A stretch of DNA of 64,000 nt, from contig JABTUJ010000042.1 of assembly GCA_015075445.1 (NCBI GenBank), positions 3,732 through 67,731 on the forward strand, in the 5' to 3' direction. Below, in pieces: positions 1 through 9,545 of the stretch; within the stretch, counting starts at the first letter, position 1, and every line of letters starts with the position of its first letter. This DNA comes from Verrucomicrobiales bacterium (GTDB lineage Bacteria; Verrucomicrobiota; Verrucomicrobiia; Limisphaerales; J093). Position numbers and translations under genes: made by a program. The notes beneath the pieces were generated by a model. It had not been told where the DNA came from. It worked only from the letters and a program-made list of their open reading frames with translations, and did no database searches.

Positions 1-1
1 G

Positions 2-2190
2 CGGGTCAACTTCTCGGCCGCGGAGGGTTACGTGGATGGGCCGTTATGGGGCCAGCCGGCAGGAAGGGGCACGCCCACCTGGACCTCGGTGAGTGAGAAC
101 ACCGGTGACACCTATGTCCCCGAGGACGGCATCCGTCACATTTGTCAGTCGATCACGAACGGGGCGCTGTGCATTCGCCCAGACCAGAATCTGGGCACGT
201 TGACATCGGTGATGTATTGGACGTTTCCCTTTCCTGTCCAGCGCAAGGGGCCCATCACCGTCACCTGGGACTGGCAGTTCTTCCCGACGAATGAAATCCC
301 CACCGATTACGACCCGACGAACAACAACTACCAGGCGACCCTGCAAGGCACGGACGTCGGCTTCACCCTGAGCGACTCCGCGAATCGCACCTTGGGCGAC
401 AGCGCCGTCTGGGCCGTGTTCAACGAGCTGAGCACCCCGACGCGTCTGGGGGGCCTTTGCGATTCACGGTACAATGGGAGTGGTGAGTACGGCACCTGCG
501 GCGGCGGCGGGAACTGGAATGACAAGGGGCCCCAATACAAGGACGGCAAGAAGCTGCAGATGAAGATGGTGGCCTACTTCGGCAACCCGGACGATCCAGC
601 CAACGACAGTTACGACGTCTGGGCCCAGCGGGAAGGGGAGGAGCTCTGGCACACGACCGTCAACGATTTCTATCCCGACGGCAAGTTCCCCATGCGACGC
701 TGCCCCGGAGAGGCGGACGGAGACCCCAAGCTGGACTGCATCACGATGTGGCTGAATACCGGTGTGTACGGCACCTACCTCCTGATTGACAACATCCAGG
801 TCACGGGTCCGGACCCGATCGAAACGTACAGCATCGGTCTGAACTTTGGCGCCGACGAAGCCGATGGCAGCAAGTCGGGCACGCTGGCCGCCACCGACAA
901 GGCGGGTATGCCGGCGGTGGCGCAGGTCAACTGGAACAACCTGAAGCTTGCTCAACGGGGCCAGCGCAACCCCATCCTCGCCGACGTCGCGGCACGGCCG
1001 AACCCACCACCGTCTCCGTCGTGTGGAGCTCGGCCAACACGTGGTCCTCCACCGGTCGCGGCGAGGAGAACAATGCGTTCAGCGGCGCGGACAAGGCGCT
1101 GCTGACCGGTTATTTGGACACCGGAAATGCGTCGACCTCAACGGTGCAGATCGCAAGCATCCCCGCCGAACTCACGGAGGCGGGCTATGACGTTTACATC
1201 TATGCCCTGGGCGGGGTGGGCGGTCGCGGCGGCAGCTACCGGATTCTCGACACCGCGACCGGCAAGGTGCTGCGCGATTCCATTCGGGCGCAATCCCCCA
1301 CCAACCTAACCTCGTATGTCGAGGTGCCGGCGAACCTGGGCGCGACGGCCAACGGGGCCGCGAACCTGGTGTTTGGGGCGGGCAACTACCTGGTCTTCCG
1401 CGGTCTGACCGCCGCAGGAATCACCGTGGAGGCCCGCACGGCCGCGGCGGGCGGGGGCGTGGGCTTCAGCGCAACGCCGCGCGCGCCGATCAATGCGATT
1501 CAGTTGGTAAGTCCGGCCGCGGAGGCGGTGTGGGAGGACGTCACGATGCCCGGGGATTGGATTGTGACCAGCAATTCGGACGACCGCTCACCGGCGTCGG
1601 AGCGGGTGCCCAACGCGATCGACAACAGCGTGCTCACGAAGTACCTCAACTTCGGCAACGACACGGACCAGGCGGCCCCGTTCGTCGGTCCGGTGGGCCT
1701 GACCGTGAAGCCCAGTGCCGGCGCGTCGGTGGTGACCGGCTTGGCGTTCACGTCGGCCAATGATGCGCCCGAACGGGATCCGGCGGCCTACAAGCTGGAA
1801 GGGTCCAATGACGGCGCCACGTTCACCCTGATCTCCGAAGGGCCGGTGGGGGCGTTCAGCGCCCGGTTCATCCGGCAGGAGATCCCCTTCGCGAACACGG
1901 CCGCCTACACAACGTACCGGCTGTCGATTCCCAATGTCGCCAATAACGCGACCGCTAACAGCATGCAGTTCGCCGAAGTGGAGTTGCTGGGGATCGTGGT
2001 GGCGCCGAAGTTCACGGCCATCACCCACAACGCGGACGGTTCGGTGACCGTCCAGTGGAAGAGCGGCGGAACCCTGCAGGCGGCTCCCAGTCTGGCCGGC
2101 CCGTGGCAGGATGTGCCCGAGGCCACCAGCCCTTACACGTTCAAACCGGCGGAGACCGGACCAGTGCTGTTCGGCCGGATCAAGAAGTAA
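2..2190 (+). CDS. Large secreted concanavalin/LamG-like plus F5/8 type C (discoidin) domain protein; 5' partial at window edge; frame change near 985-1000
   Basis: ORF 32..1105 (frame 2, open back to nt 2) and ORF 1021..2190 (frame 1) read as one protein: ...VAQVNWNNLKLA...ILADV then GTAEPTTVSVVWSSANTWSSTGRGEENNAF. The C-terminal half has a discoidin-like block (NAIDNSVLTKYLNFG...YKLEGSNDGATFTLI...MQFAEVELLG) and a W..G..L..AP.L.GPW tail. Confidence 0.6.
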
Positions 2191-2220
2191 GCGGCTGCCT
2201 GCACCTCCAGTTCAGCCAGA

Positions 2221-2248
2221 CAGAGACCGGGCTTCGGCCCGGTCTCTG
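2221..2248 (+). terminator. Stem-loop 30 nt after the stop of the first gene
   Basis: cagagaccgggc ttcg gcccggtctctg: perfect 12-bp stem with a UUCG loop. There is no U tract, so intrinsic terminator function is uncertain. Confidence 0.4.
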
Positions 2249-2408
2249 CTATCGAAGATCATGGTCTAGGAGTTCAGATCGACAGCCTGGCCAACCGCAT
2301 GCGGCCGGAACGGAGCGACAAGCTCACAGCCTCCCCGGCGGCCACTGCTCGAACTGATTAGGCGACTTGCCGTGCTTGATGATCTCAAGACCGAACGGTA
2401 TCGGCTTC

Positions 2409-2735
2409 TCAGGTGCAGTGCGCGCACGGGTCAGTTCGGCCCTCGCGCAAATCGTCCACCTCGTAGCCGGCGCGCAGGGCGCGGCCCGGGACGGGTTCCC
2501 ATCCGAACCAGAACCGGAAAGTGTGATAGGCCGCGGAGTGGGACAACGGGAAGCGATCGAAGACCTCCCGCCATCGCGCCAGTAATCGGAAGGTAGCGGG
2601 TTCGGGGACAATCCCGTAATCCCACTGGGCACAAATACGCTGCAGGTAGTCGGCCCGGTCCTCCACGGTTGCGAGATCGGCCGGTTCCAGTGGAGGCTGG
2701 TCGAGATCGGGATAGACGCTCTGGTCCAGTTTCAT
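2409..2735 (-). CDS. Hypothetical 108-aa protein, translationally coupled to the upstream AbiEii-like gene
   Basis: ATG 2735-2733 overlaps the TGA 2734-2732 of the upstream gene (ATGA). Begins MKLDQSVYPDLDQPPLEPADL and contains ...FRFWFGWEPVPG. No family recognised. Confidence 0.5.
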   Translation of the reverse strand: MKLDQSVYPDLDQPPLEPADLATVEDRADYLQRICAQWDYGIVPEPATFRLLARWREVFDRFPLSHSAAYHTFRFWFGWEPVPGRALRAGYEVDDLREGRTDPCAHCT

Positions 2736-3436
2736 GGCCGGAACGGCTGCAAGAACACGGCCCGGAACCAAACGCGGGTTTGTCGTGCCTGTTCGCGCTG
2801 CACCGGGTCGGTCAGGGTGTCCAGGGGTCGGCGCAATTCGATCTCGTGCAGGCGCCGCCCGACTTCTGCGTGGGCATCGTCAGAACTCAGATCGGGGTTC
2901 TTTCGTTTCCAGAGGTCCCAGCATTGCGTCGGGGTGAGGTGGCCGGTAGTGACCAACTGCCGGATGTCCGTGAAATCCCGGGGTGCACCTCGCTGAACGA
3001 GGGCATTCATCTTCGAGGCGACGTTGTCGGCGAAGGTTTCGATGAGCAACGGGGGCCAGGGGCTCGGTAAGGACGGCTCCAACCGCAGCGTCCGGCTGGC
3101 GACTTGAAAGGAAAAAACCTTGCTCCCCGCCTGCCGCAACTCCCACGACTCGGTGTCGCCGAACCGGCGCCGGTTGACGGTCAATCCCTGTTTGCCGGCG
3201 AGGGATTCGAGCACGGTATTCAATGCCGCCCGCGCTTGCTCCCGATCCGACTCGCGGCTCTCCTCGGCCCACCAGGCATCGACGTCATGGGTGATGCGGT
3301 AATCATGGTAGTGCTTCAGGGCAAAGTAGCCCCCCAACACGAGATGCCGCGCTGCGGGAAAGGACTGGAGCCCGGTCAACGAGGCCTCGGCCAGCGGGTC
3401 GATCTCGCTCGGTCGCTGTGGCGCCGGTTGCTGCAT
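2732..3436 (-). CDS. Nucleotidyltransferase, AbiEii/AbiGii toxin-like (DUF1814-like)
   Basis: From MQQPAPQRPSEIDPL. Motifs HLVLGGYFALKHYHDYRITHDVDAWW and FADNVASKMNALVQRGAPRDFTDI resemble the AbiEii NTase core. The ORF track start at 3547 is probably too long. Confidence 0.65.
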   Translation of the reverse strand: MQQPAPQRPSEIDPLAEASLTGLQSFPAARHLVLGGYFALKHYHDYRITHDVDAWWAEESRESDREQARAALNTVLESLAGKQGLTVNRRRFGDTESWELRQAGSKVFSFQVASRTLRLEPSLPSPWPPLLIETFADNVASKMNALVQRGAPRDFTDIRQLVTTGHLTPTQCWDLWKRKNPDLSSDDAHAEVGRRLHEIELRRPLDTLTDPVQREQARQTRVWFRAVFLQPFRP

Positions 3437-3562
3437 AGTGCGGCGCCCAGTCAACCACCCGAGCCGCAGGGTGACAATCGCCGAAACACCTCCCGGGCCC
3501 GGGTCAAGGGTCGGCGGCGACTGCGCCCCACGGGGCCGCCACTCCAAGGGAGGCGGACTCGG

Positions 3563-5002
3563 TCAGGAACACTCGCCACCGGTGGAGTTGAACACCCGCA
3601 CCCAACCGCCGCTGCCCGGGACCTCGCGCTGGCTCCTGCCCTCCCGGGCAAAGCCAATGACCGGTTCCTGCCACTCCGGTTGCCCAGACCCAACCCGGCT
3701 CCAGCAACGCGCGGGCGAGGTCCGCCGTCCCACCAACCACCACGTGGCGGTCGGCCCGCGCCCCTTCACGTCGATTGCCCCCCGGCACTCGAATTCGTAG
3801 GCGTGTTCCACGCGCCGCCGGAAGGCATCGGTCACCTGGATCCGCCCCGGTAACCCGTGCACCTGCATCCGGCTCGCCATCGTGACCGGTTCGCCCCAGA
3901 GATCGTAGGTCAGCTTGGACCGGCCAATGACGCCCGCCACCGCCGGACCGCACGCGATGCCGATCCGCACCCGGTTGGGCAACGGCCCGTGCGGTGAGCG
4001 CCGCGCGAAGTGGTCGCGGCAAGCCAGCGCCATCGCGGCCATGCGTTCAGCATGGTCAGGTTGGGCCACGGGCAAGCCCGCCACCGCCAGGTAGGCGTCG
4101 CCCATGGTCTTGATCTTCTCGACCCCGTGCGCCCGGGCGATCTCGTCCAGTTCACTGAAGAGCGTGTTCAACTCAGCCACCAGCGTCTCGGGAGCCACCG
4201 CCGCCGAGTGGGCGCTGAAGTTCACCAGGTCGAGGAAGAGCACCGAGACCTCCTCGAACCGCTCCGCCACCGGTCCCGGCTGTTGTTTCAGCCGCTGCGC
4301 CACCGGCTCGGGCAGAATGTTCCGCAGCAACGCCTCGTTCCGCGCCCGCTCGTCCTCGGCCCGCAGGGCGTGGAGAAAACTCATCCGGGCACTCCGCTCG
4401 CTGCTATAGCTCGCCACCGCCCCCAGGAGCAGCGCGGAGAGGAAGAAGAAGTGGTTGTTTAGGACCACCGGCGGTTCCACGCCGCCCTGGAGGACCAGTT
4501 GGACGTCGTAACCCACGACCACGGCCAGGGAGGTCACCAGCGCCAGCGGAAAGGGCAGCCAGCGGAAGGCGTGCGTCGCCATCAGCACCAGGATGAGCCC
4601 GACGTAGTAGAGCGACTGGACCCCGCCGGACGTCAAGGCCAGCATCCCCACAATGCCCCCGCCGGTGGCCAGGATCGTCAGCGACAGCAAGGCCGACCGC
4701 CAGCGCCCAAACCCCGCCTGTCGCGTGGCCACCAGCACGCCCGTGATCCACGTACACACCACGACCCGGATCCACCCGATCTCGCGAGCCACCTCGGGAG
4801 CAATCGCCAGATCCAGCCAGGCAAACACGGCGTACAACGCCAGCGCCAGACCCAGCGTCAGCCGAATGCGACCCAGCGACGCCTGGTCGTCATACCGGCG
4901 CCAGGCCCGCTCGGTCGCCTCAGTCCCGAAGCGCAACGAAAACGGGCGGAGCCGCTCCTCCCCCAGGCACACAGGCTCCCGGGGACTATCGGGCGGGGCC
5001 AT
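3563..5002 (-). CDS. Membrane-anchored class III adenylate/guanylate cyclase
   Basis: About 6 predicted TM helices, then the cyclase core FEEVSVLFLDLVNFS...KIKTMGDAYLAVAGLP...RIGIACGPAVAGVIG...YDLWGEPVTMASRM. Start taken at ATG 5002 (MAPPDSPREP). About 55 aa of non-conserved C-terminal tail. Confidence 0.85.
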   Translation of the reverse strand: MAPPDSPREPVCLGEERLRPFSLRFGTEATERAWRRYDDQASLGRIRLTLGLALALYAVFAWLDLAIAPEVAREIGWIRVVVCTWITGVLVATRQAGFGRWRSALLSLTILATGGGIVGMLALTSGGVQSLYYVGLILVLMATHAFRWLPFPLALVTSLAVVVGYDVQLVLQGGVEPPVVLNNHFFFLSALLLGAVASYSSERSARMSFLHALRAEDERARNEALLRNILPEPVAQRLKQQPGPVAERFEEVSVLFLDLVNFSAHSAAVAPETLVAELNTLFSELDEIARAHGVEKIKTMGDAYLAVAGLPVAQPDHAERMAAMALACRDHFARRSPHGPLPNRVRIGIACGPAVAGVIGRSKLTYDLWGEPVTMASRMQVHGLPGRIQVTDAFRRRVEHAYEFECRGAIDVKGRGPTATWWLVGRRTSPARCWSRVGSGQPEWQEPVIGFAREGRSQREVPGSGGWVRVFNSTGGECS

Positions 5003-5209
5003 CGGCCGCGAATCATCTCGCGACACCAGCAACGGGACGGCGAAGGGTCGGCTCGAGGTCACGCCCCGAGCATCAGGGCGTCCCAACTATTCCGTAAATG
5101 GTCCGAAAGGTGTACTTCCCGCCCACCGGTCCAAGTCTTCATCCTCCGCACGTCGGCGCCTACCGTCGGTATGAATACAGCCGGCAAGAAACACGCGCGC
5201 GCCCCGCGG

Positions 5210-6703
5210 TCATTCCTGGACCGGTTCGAGATAGAGCCCGAACCCGGACAGGGCGGGACAGGCGGCGGCCTGGGTGATGCGCAGGCGCACGCGCTCGGTC
5301 TGGATGGGCGTGCCCAACCGCAGCAAACGCCGGTTCCCCACGCTTGTTCCCCGGGCACACTCGACCCAGTCCCCATCCTGCCACCGGTCCACCGCGAAGG
5401 CCTCGAGGCGCTGCCCCAGCGGCAGGTACTCGCGCAGTTCCACCACGTTGAACGTCACCGGTTGCCGGAATTGGAGCGTCACCGAGGGCGTGAGCACGTC
5501 GTCGGGCGTCGCCCAGTACGTCTCCGCCTTCCCATCGAGCAAACCCGCCGGACCATAGGCCCGTCCGGGTCCCCGCGTGTGGCTCGCCGTCAACACCGCT
5601 CCCTGGGCAAGGTTCCGGGAGAACGTCGCGTCCAGGATGCGCCGGAACTCCCGCAGGGACCGGATGTCGTTGTCATGGATGCGGCCGCGCCGGTCGGGCG
5701 GCAGGTTGAGGTTCAGACAACAGCCACGACCCACCGAGGCGTAGTAAATCTCCAGCAACTGCGCGGGTGTTTTGACCTTTTCGTCCTCGCCCGGATGGTA
5801 GAACCACCCCGGCCGGATGCTGACATCGCACTCGCCCGGGAGCCACGCCGTGCCGGGCCGTTCCCCCTGGGTCAGACCCTCGCTGCTGCCCCCCGGGTAG
5901 CGGCCGGGCCGGGTCATGTCGAGCGTCGCCCAGCACGGGTCGCCGGCAAAGCCGCGCTCGTTGCCGATCCAACGAAAGTCCGGGCCGGCATCGCTGAACA
6001 TGCAGGCGAAGGGTTGGAGTTCACGCACCAGCGCCCACGTCGTCGGCCAGTCGTAATAGGTGCGATTGTCGATGCGCCGTCGTTCGCGCGCGCCGCCGTA
6101 GTAGCCGTCGCCTCCGTTGGCGCCGTCGAACCAGACCGTGAACAGCTCGCCGTACCCCGTCAGCAGTTCCCGCAACTGGTTCCGGTAATAGGTCAGGTAC
6201 TCCGGCCGGGCGTAATCCCGATGGTTGCGGTCCCACGGCGACAGGTACACGCCGAACTTGAGGCCATGCCGACGACAGGCATCACTGATCTCGCGGACCA
6301 CATCGCCCTGCCCGTTCTTCCAGGGCGAACGCTTCACCGAGTGTTCGGTGTACCGGCTGGGCCAGAGGCAGAAGCCATCGTGGTGTTTGGCGGTCAGGAT
6401 CAACCCCGTCATCCCGGCCTCCCGGGCGGTCCGGACAATCTGGTCGGCATCGAAATCGGTCGGGTTGAATACCTCGGGGCTTTCATCGCCGTACCCCCAT
6501 TCCTTGTCCGTGAAGGTGTTCACGGTGAAGTGGAGGAACCCGTAGAACTCGAGGGCGTGCCAGCGCAACTGACGTTCCGTCGGCACGGGCCCATAGGGTG
6601 TCGGCGGCGCGCCGGCCTCGGCACCGTTGAGGGAAATGCAGCCGCTGAGCGTGGCGATCAGGCCGGCCCCGATGAGGCCGGAGAGCAACAAGCGATTGGA
6701 CAT
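5210..6703 (-). CDS. Alpha-L-fucosidase (GH29) lipoprotein with C-terminal discoidin-like domain
   Basis: Lipobox LSGC. FGFLHFTVNTFTDKEWGYG...GLILTAKHHDGFCLWPS...GVYLSPWDRNH is typical of GH29. Confidence 0.9.
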   Translation of the reverse strand: MSNRLLLSGLIGAGLIATLSGCISLNGAEAGAPPTPYGPVPTERQLRWHALEFYGFLHFTVNTFTDKEWGYGDESPEVFNPTDFDADQIVRTAREAGMTGLILTAKHHDGFCLWPSRYTEHSVKRSPWKNGQGDVVREISDACRRHGLKFGVYLSPWDRNHRDYARPEYLTYYRNQLRELLTGYGELFTVWFDGANGGDGYYGGARERRRIDNRTYYDWPTTWALVRELQPFACMFSDAGPDFRWIGNERGFAGDPCWATLDMTRPGRYPGGSSEGLTQGERPGTAWLPGECDVSIRPGWFYHPGEDEKVKTPAQLLEIYYASVGRGCCLNLNLPPDRRGRIHDNDIRSLREFRRILDATFSRNLAQGAVLTASHTRGPGRAYGPAGLLDGKAETYWATPDDVLTPSVTLQFRQPVTFNVVELREYLPLGQRLEAFAVDRWQDGDWVECARGTSVGNRRLLRLGTPIQTERVRLRITQAAACPALSGFGLYLEPVQE

Positions 6704-6743
6704 GCGGCGAGCCTACCCAGCTTCGCCCGCACGTTCAACCCCT

Positions 6744-7631
6744 TCACTGGGACGCCACCGTGGCGTTTTCCGCCATCCACCGCGCGTCCACCCAGGCCCC
6801 GACGGCCGCGAAGTTGAGGGTCAGGTTGCGGGCACCCGTGAAGTAGACCGGCATGTTGCGCAGGCCCGCCCGGGTTTCGGACTGCCCCGAGGAGGTGCTC
6901 ACCCACTTCTTGATTTCGGAGTGGCCATCCGCGAATGAGAATCCGCAGGCACCGTTGTGGTAGTTGGCGGGGATGTCGATGATCCGGGCCGTCGATTCCG
7001 CCCAGGCGCCCGTGTTCTGGTTGGCGAAGGCGGCGTCGTTGATGCTGTTTGGGTGCTCGTCCACGAAGACGTAGGTCTTGGTGGGCGAGACAATGTCCGA
7101 GGCCTTCCCGTAAATCCGCCACCGCGTCTGGTTCCGGCCCGAACCTGACCCGTCCAGCCAGTCGCCGAAGGCAAACACCTGGCTCATGGAGTTGCTGCGG
7201 ATCCGCGGGGTCTGGCGACCCGAGATCATCACCACCGCCTTGTCGGCCGGGCAGCGGAAGATGTCCCGGCTCTGGCCCACGTAATTGAACAGGGGGCTGT
7301 TGGTGATGTACCGCATATTGGCCGCATCGGCGTCCCAGCCGGCCAGCCCTCCCTGGATCCAGTTCACCCGGCGGTTGGGAAGTCCGTCCAGACACCCCAG
7401 CAGCAGGTCGTTGTAGTCGTCCGCATACACCAGCCAGCCCAGCGTCAGTTGCTTGGTGTTGTTCATGCAGAAGATGCCCTGCGACTTCGCCTTGGCCTTG
7501 GCCAAGGCCGGCAGGAGCATGCCGGCGAGAATGGCAATGATGGCAATCACCACGAGCAACTCGATCAAGGTGAAGCCGGCCCGCGTGGTTGCCGGACCGC
7601 GTTCGCGGAGGGTTGGGGCAGATGCGTTCAT
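6744..7631 (-). CDS. Prepilin-type N-terminal cleavage/methylation domain protein (H-X9-DG / DUF1559-like)
   Basis: [47 protein letters not shown] ... [20 protein letters not shown] at 7631. Confidence 0.85.
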   Translation of the reverse strand: MNASAPTLRERGPATTRAGFTLIELLVVIAIIAILAGMLLPALAKAKAKSQGIFCMNNTKQLTLGWLVYADDYNDLLLGCLDGLPNRRVNWIQGGLAGWDADAANMRYITNSPLFNYVGQSRDIFRCPADKAVVMISGRQTPRIRSNSMSQVFAFGDWLDGSGSGRNQTRWRIYGKASDIVSPTKTYVFVDEHPNSINDAAFANQNTGAWAESTARIIDIPANYHNGACGFSFADGHSEIKKWVSTSSGQSETRAGLRNMPVYFTGARNLTLNFAAVGAWVDARWMAENATVASQ

Positions 7632-7762
7632 AGGATTCACCCCCCGGCATCGTTGATGCGCCACCGACCCGGGGGACACCAACGACTCTATCCCCCCGGC
7701 CGGCGCTGACAAGTGTGCTTGCGACCGCGCACCCGTTCCCTTACCAAGGACCCGTGACACCT

Positions 7763-8546
7763 ATGAATCGCACGCCCCCCTTCCCCGCCCTCCTCCTCGC
7801 CCTCAGCCTGGGCTCCACCCCCCTCGCCGCCGCCGACCTCGTCTATGCCCGCGACGGCTCGGGCACCTTCGGCTACAAGGACACCCCCAAGCTCCCCTGG
7901 TGCGAGTGGCTGGTGCACGACCCGGACCGTCCGGCCCCGCCGCGCCTGGATCCCGGTCGCAACCCAGCCCTGCCCCGCCGACGCCACCGTGCTCTTCGAC
8001 GGCCGCAACCTCGACGCCTTCCAGGCCCACCGCTGGTCGGTCGAACGCGGCGAGATCGTCTCCGGCGCCGGCAACCTCGCTTCGAAGGCCGTTTTCGGCG
8101 ACTGCCAGATCCATCTGGAATGGCTCGCGCCGCTCGGCTTCAAAGGACCGTGGTACGACCAGGGCAACAACGGCGTCCTCCTCATGGGCCTCTACGAGAT
8201 CCAGATCTTCGACTCCTACAACGAGCGGCTCTACCCCGATGGCCAGGCCGCGGCTATCTACGGCCAGACCCCGCCCCGCGTGAATGTCACCCGCCCCCCC
8301 GGCCAGTGGCAGACCTTCGACATCGTTTTCACCGCCCCCGTCTTTGCCGACGGCCAACTCAAGCGCCCCGCCCGCGTCACGATGTTCCACAACGGCGTGC
8401 TGGTGCACCTCGAGGAGACCGTCCACGGCGAGACCGGCCACCGGATCGTGCCCGCGTACAAACAAGGCGTCAGCCAGGGCCCGCTGGTCCTCAGCGGTCA
8501 TGGGTGCCCCGTTCGGTTCCGCAATATCTGGGTGCGGCCGCTCTGA
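7763..8546 (+). CDS. DUF1080 (3-keto-disaccharide hydrolase-like) secreted protein, frameshifted near 7950-7980
   Basis: The signal peptide and N-terminus (MNRTPPFPALLLALSLG...GYKDTPKLPWCEWLVHDPDRPAPPRLDPG) are in frame 2. The rest (PADATVLFDGRNLDAF...VRFRNIWVRPL) is in frame 0 (ORF 7845..8546). Length is not a multiple of 3. Confidence 0.7.
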
Positions 8547-8725
8547 CCCCTCCGTGGGCGGGTCCGGAGCTTTCCCTGCCCTGCCCCTCCCGCGGGCGGC
8601 TTGCCTCGGACCTGTGGTGCGGGCTTCCAGCCTGCACCTCCGGCAGTTTATGGCCCCTGCGCAGGTTTGAATGGAACCAGCCGCTTTCGGTGAACGACGC
8701 GCCTCGACCGGCCAGGCCCGACCGC

Positions 8726-9169
8726 TCAGAGCTTCCCGGGCAGCAACGTCATCCCGGCGGCCGCAGCGAGGCTCCGGCTCTCGGGTTGGAAGCTCAGGAA
8801 ATGCGTGCAACCGCAAGACGCCGCGATGGCGGGATGCAAGAGGAAGCTGCTCGTCGGAGGTTCCTGGGGCGTACGCTCGTTCCAGGACCGAGCCAGGGCC
8901 AGGGCCGCGTCCCATGGCACGGGTTCCAGCGTGAACACCAACTCCCGCTGGTAGAACTGCCACAGCCCCCACGCCCGCGCCGCCACCGCCTGGAGTTTCG
9001 GCTCCGGACCGAGCATGCGTTTGCGCAGGCCGTTTTCCACCTGCAAGGCCTGGAGGGCGTTGATCGGGATGGGCTGGGGCAGCTTCCGCACGTGTTCCCA
9101 AGCCGTCGCTGTGCCTGGCGCCTTGGCAACCAGACACAACAAGAAGCCCAGGTCCAGATAGTGGGTCAT
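8726..9169 (-). CDS. PIN-like (VapC-like) protein with degenerate acidic residues
   Basis: MTHYLDLGFLL (PIN-type N-terminal Asp) ... FLLHPAIAASCGCTHFLSFQ where DalHlA..A....TFD is expected. 4-bp ATGA overlap with the upstream antitoxin-like gene. Confidence 0.5.
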   Translation of the reverse strand: MTHYLDLGFLLCLVAKAPGTATAWEHVRKLPQPIPINALQALQVENGLRKRMLGPEPKLQAVAARAWGLWQFYQRELVFTLEPVPWDAALALARSWNERTPQEPPTSSFLLHPAIAASCGCTHFLSFQPESRSLAAAAGMTLLPGKL

Positions 9170-9402
9170 GCCTCCGCGAGGAGGCTGTCGATCAGTCGCC
9201 CCCCCACCTCAGGGTCGTATTCCTCCTGCGCCAGCCGTTTGCCGAGGTCCAACCTCGGTCGCCGCGCCGGGGCACCCTCCCGCACGTACCGCCCGTGAAC
9301 CCTCCCGTAACTGGTGACCAGCACGGACCCCCCGGCCGGAAGGTCGTTGGTGATCGGCCCGAACTGCTTGGTGAACTCCGCCACCGACACCGTCTTCTTC
9401 AT
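9166..9402 (-). CDS. Phd/YefM-like antitoxin
   Basis: 78 aa. MKKTVSVAEFTKQFGPITNDLPAGGSVLVTSYGRVHGRYV fits the Phd/YefM N-terminal pattern. Overlaps the downstream PIN-like gene. Confidence 0.55.
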   Translation of the reverse strand: MKKTVSVAEFTKQFGPITNDLPAGGSVLVTSYGRVHGRYVREGAPARRPRLDLGKRLAQEEYDPEVGGRLIDSLLAEA

Positions 9403-9545
9403 GTCGGATAGGTTATCGGATTTCTCGCCACCGTCAACCGGAACTCAACCCCGGCAGCACGCCCGGTGACCCGCCCTCCGCGCCGCCGCAGCAGATGCAT
9501 CAGCAGGTTTGCGTTTCCGCCCGCGCCCCGGCAGACTCGCCGCGA

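Noticed and set aside
3563-5002. Cyclase as a Pycsar/CBASS-type defence cyclase
   Set aside because: It has a 6-TM N-terminal domain and an ordinary class III catalytic core. No cNMP-binding, TIR or TM effector gene is adjacent. The neighbouring AbiEii-like gene is reported only as a co-location.
4499-6817. Long antisense or overlapping ORFs such as 4499..6817, 9399..11174, 15599..18160, 19113..20468, 34390..36537, 38979..40364, 40656..42584, 42626..45316, 51872..55444 and 58764..60347
   Set aside because: Each lies opposite a gene with clear family motifs. Each has the Arg/Gly/Ala/Pro/Asp-rich, motif-free composition expected from stop-poor frames in DNA of about 70% G+C.
9403-9440. Possible antitoxin operator (tcggataggttatcggat) upstream of the Phd-like gene
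   Set aside because: The two half-sites are neither a true inverted repeat nor a true direct repeat when checked base by base.
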